This document shows positions 61,801 to 64,000 of a stretch of 64,000 nucleotides of DNA, piece after piece. This DNA is from Octopus sinensis (lineage: Eukaryota). The translations under genes were made by a program, and so were the position numbers. A model generated the notes under the pieces. That model did no database searches, was not told the origin of the DNA, and saw only the letters and a list, made by a program, of their open reading frames with translations. The DNA lies in assembly GCF_006345805.1 (NCBI RefSeq), contig NC_042998.1, positions 153,140,001 through 153,204,000 on the forward strand, read 5' to 3'. The number at the start of each line of letters is the position of its first letter. Position 1 is the first letter of the stretch.

Positions 61801-63162
61801 TCTGAAAAATACAACAAACTACAGAAACCCATCAGGACAACAAATAATGGAAAAACAGTATGTGAAAGATTTAGGCATCCACATGGGAACCAACCTAAAA
61901 TTCAGAGAACACCTTGACTCAGTCTGTCTTACTGCAAGAAAGTACAGCGGGTGGATCTTGCGCACCTTCAAATCAAGAGATACCTCAACAATGAAAACCC
62001 TCTGGAACAGTATGATACTTCCGAGGATTGACTACTGTTCTCAGTTGTGGTCACCAACAACAAAGGGCCAACTATCTAAGATAGAATCGCTCCAAGAAAT
62101 TTTACCTCATACTTCTCAGAAACGAGGGACCTGGACTATTGGCAAAGACTCAAAACCTTGAGGATGTACTCAATAGAAAGAAGATTTGAGCGATACCGAA
62201 TTATATACATTTGGAAAATGATAGAGCAGAAGGTGCCAAACTTTGGTATCAAAACCTACCACTCACTGCGCCACGGAAGACGCTGCCAGCTGCCACCAAT
62301 CAACAAAAAGGCTGGCCAGACAGCAAAAACCCTGCGAGAATCAAGTCTGTTGGTTCGAGGAGCACAACTGTTCAACTCCATTCCGGTACATGTCAGAAAT
62401 CTATCAGGATGCAGTGTGGAATCATTCAAATTGCAACTGGATAGATACTTAAGCACCATTAGAGATGAACCCCATCTCCCAGGATATACACAACGAGCAC
62501 AAACTGACTCAAACTCGCTCCTACACATGTCAAAATTAAGCAGAGAATACAACCTGGCAACCACACCAGACTCTGAGGGTGGAGTCTTCGACTTGGCCTG
62601 AGCATGGACTCAAACCCAAATGAAATGAAAAATGAAATGAAATGAATTCATGTGGCACCCATTTCCCGAGTATTTTTGTTTTCCCACTGTCATTTAAGTG
62701 GTTGGAAATTGTCATATGCATTACATCTAATTCAGAAGCAAGCTCTTAAACAGTTGTGTGTGAATTGGCTTCCACTAAGGCTCTTAGCGGAGTGTTGTCA
62801 ACATCCAATGGCTGGCCACTACACTTACCATCATCAAGACTCTCGTCACCGCTACGAAATTTCTTGAACCACTAGTGGTTCCTGGGCCAAACACATCATT
62901 GATATCGCGAGCTGTTTCAGCAGCTTTGCGGCCTAGCTTGAACTGGAATAAGTAAATTGTGTGAATTTGCTTTTTGTCCATTTTGTATTCAACATTCCGG
63001 AAAAAATGGTCTAATTATTCAAAAAGAAAAAGAATAACACGGTTAGAAAAACGGGCTTTAAACTGATGTATAAAGTCAAAGTAATTTAACGAAAATTAAT
63101 TTGAAAATACATAATTTAAAACCTAAATTAAAAATTCTGCAAGAACTTTCTTGACAACCTAA
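58833..63162 (-). mobile_element. Mariner transposon split by a CR1 insertion
   Basis: TIRs tta.gttgtcaagaaagttcttgc at 58833 and its inverse ending at 63162. Transposase 5' part (MDKKQI...AAETARDIN, KWVPHE) at ~62645-62981 and 3' part (PYSPDL.PTNYHFF...WQKCV) at 58910-59541. Confidence 0.93.
59543..62644 (+). mobile_element. CR1-clade LINE ORF2 (APE + RT), 5'-truncated, nearly intact
   Basis: ANIQGL, ITESHL, GDFN, RPISLTSH, QHGFR.GRSC, FAKAFDKVDH, SVPQGTVLGP, FADD, DYCSQLWSP. About two frameshifts and an (AAATG)n tail. Confidence 0.95.
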
Positions 63163-63163
63163 A

Positions 63164-63200
<37 letters not shown>

Positions 63201-63291
63201 TCAGTGCCTGGAATCGAACTCGGAATCTTGGCGTTAGTAGCCCGCACTCTTAACCACTACGCCATATGTGGGCATATGGCGTAATGGTTAA
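63163..63291 (-). mobile_element. 5' part (tRNA-like head) of the same SINE, with a short inverted duplication
   Basis: Minus-strand A box TGGCGTAGTGG (63254-63264) and B box GTTCGATTCC (63210-63219), followed by (TAA)n. 63274-63291 is an inverted copy of the A-box end. Confidence 0.8.
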
Positions 63292-63689
63292 TATAAAGTT
63301 TAAAAGCTCCATCATATACTTCAGAAAATTTGTTAGATTAAATGTCTATTTTTCTGAGATGAGTTGATAAATTATAATTTTTTTGATTATAATAAACTCA
63401 TCTTTAGAAATGAAAAACAAAATAAAATTAACCTTATTTTGATTGGTTTCATTTCTTAGGTATTGTACTCTCAAATGTGTGCATAGTACCAATCTAGGTT
63501 AAAAATCAAAATCTTTATTTTAAATGAAAGCTGATTATGTTCTTATCCACTGGATGACTGATGCATGTATGATTAATGTCCCATTTTTGGGTTGTTAATA
63601 TTTATTTTTCAACAGAACAGGCATGTTTTGCTGATGTCTGCATTGAACTTACTGATTGTGCTATCAGTATGTAGTATGTGCTATTTGTG

Positions 63690-64000
63690 CTCTTCATCAC
63701 CATCATGTTGCCCTTGCTGGCATGGGTTTGATGGTTTAACCAGAGCTGGCAAGCTGCACCAGACTCCAGTTTGATTTGGTATGGTTTCTTCAGCTGGATG
63801 CCCATCCTAATGCCAGCTACTTTAAAGAGTGTACTGGATGCTTTTACGTGAAACCACATGAGCACTTTTATGCATTATTTTTTTACATCTGCCACAGAAA
63901 GCCCTACTTGACATGGGGTAGGTGGGGCTTTCTGTGGCAGTTTTATAGCTAACTGCCCTTCCTGATGCCAACCCTTTATAGCCATGTTAGAAAGTACAGG
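63690..64000 (-). mobile_element. Degenerate RTE 3'-end fragments
   Basis: catcaccatcatg...tgctggcatgggttt...ggatgcccatcctaatgcc. Confidence 0.65.

Noticed and set aside
63196-63273. Functional tRNA gene
   Set aside because: It has A and B boxes but no complete acceptor stem, and runs directly into a (TAA)n SINE linker.
63300-64000. Next MAP3K4 exon (expected DLE.AAEF-like)
   Set aside because: Candidate acceptors near 63460 and 63615 give no matching peptide, so the exon is probably beyond the window.

Overview
AT-rich eukaryotic DNA with one 100-N assembly gap, most likely from an octopod cephalopod. The organism is inferred from the SINE, RTE and microsatellite repertoire and was not verified by search. 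The window lies inside one + strand host gene, MAP3K4/MEKK4. Five coding exons splice in frame with GT-AG ends: 3355-3642, 26986-27144, 46634-46791, 49442-49711 and 58566-58665. The introns (about 23, 19, 2.6 and 9 kb) are packed with mobile DNA: RTE, CR1, Tx1/L1 and R4/Dong LINEs, Penelope-like (PLE) GIY-YIG relics, tRNA-derived SINEs, Tigger/pogo, piggyBac and mariner transposons, a canonical non-autonomous Helitron and a foldback element. The least expected signal is RNA structure. Six hammerhead-ribozyme (HHR)-like motifs from about five sequence families are present. One family sits in the arms of a ~7.8-kb non-coding inverted-repeat composite (32671-40433), whose interior has a CCAAT/E-box/E2F/TATA promoter-like block followed by an array of hairpins showing a compensatory base change. 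A tRNA-headed SINE with an HHR tail has been split by a mariner, which was in turn split by a CR1. A 76-bp intronic stem lies 107 nt upstream of a MAP3K4 exon. All family assignments come from recognised motifs; no database search was run.
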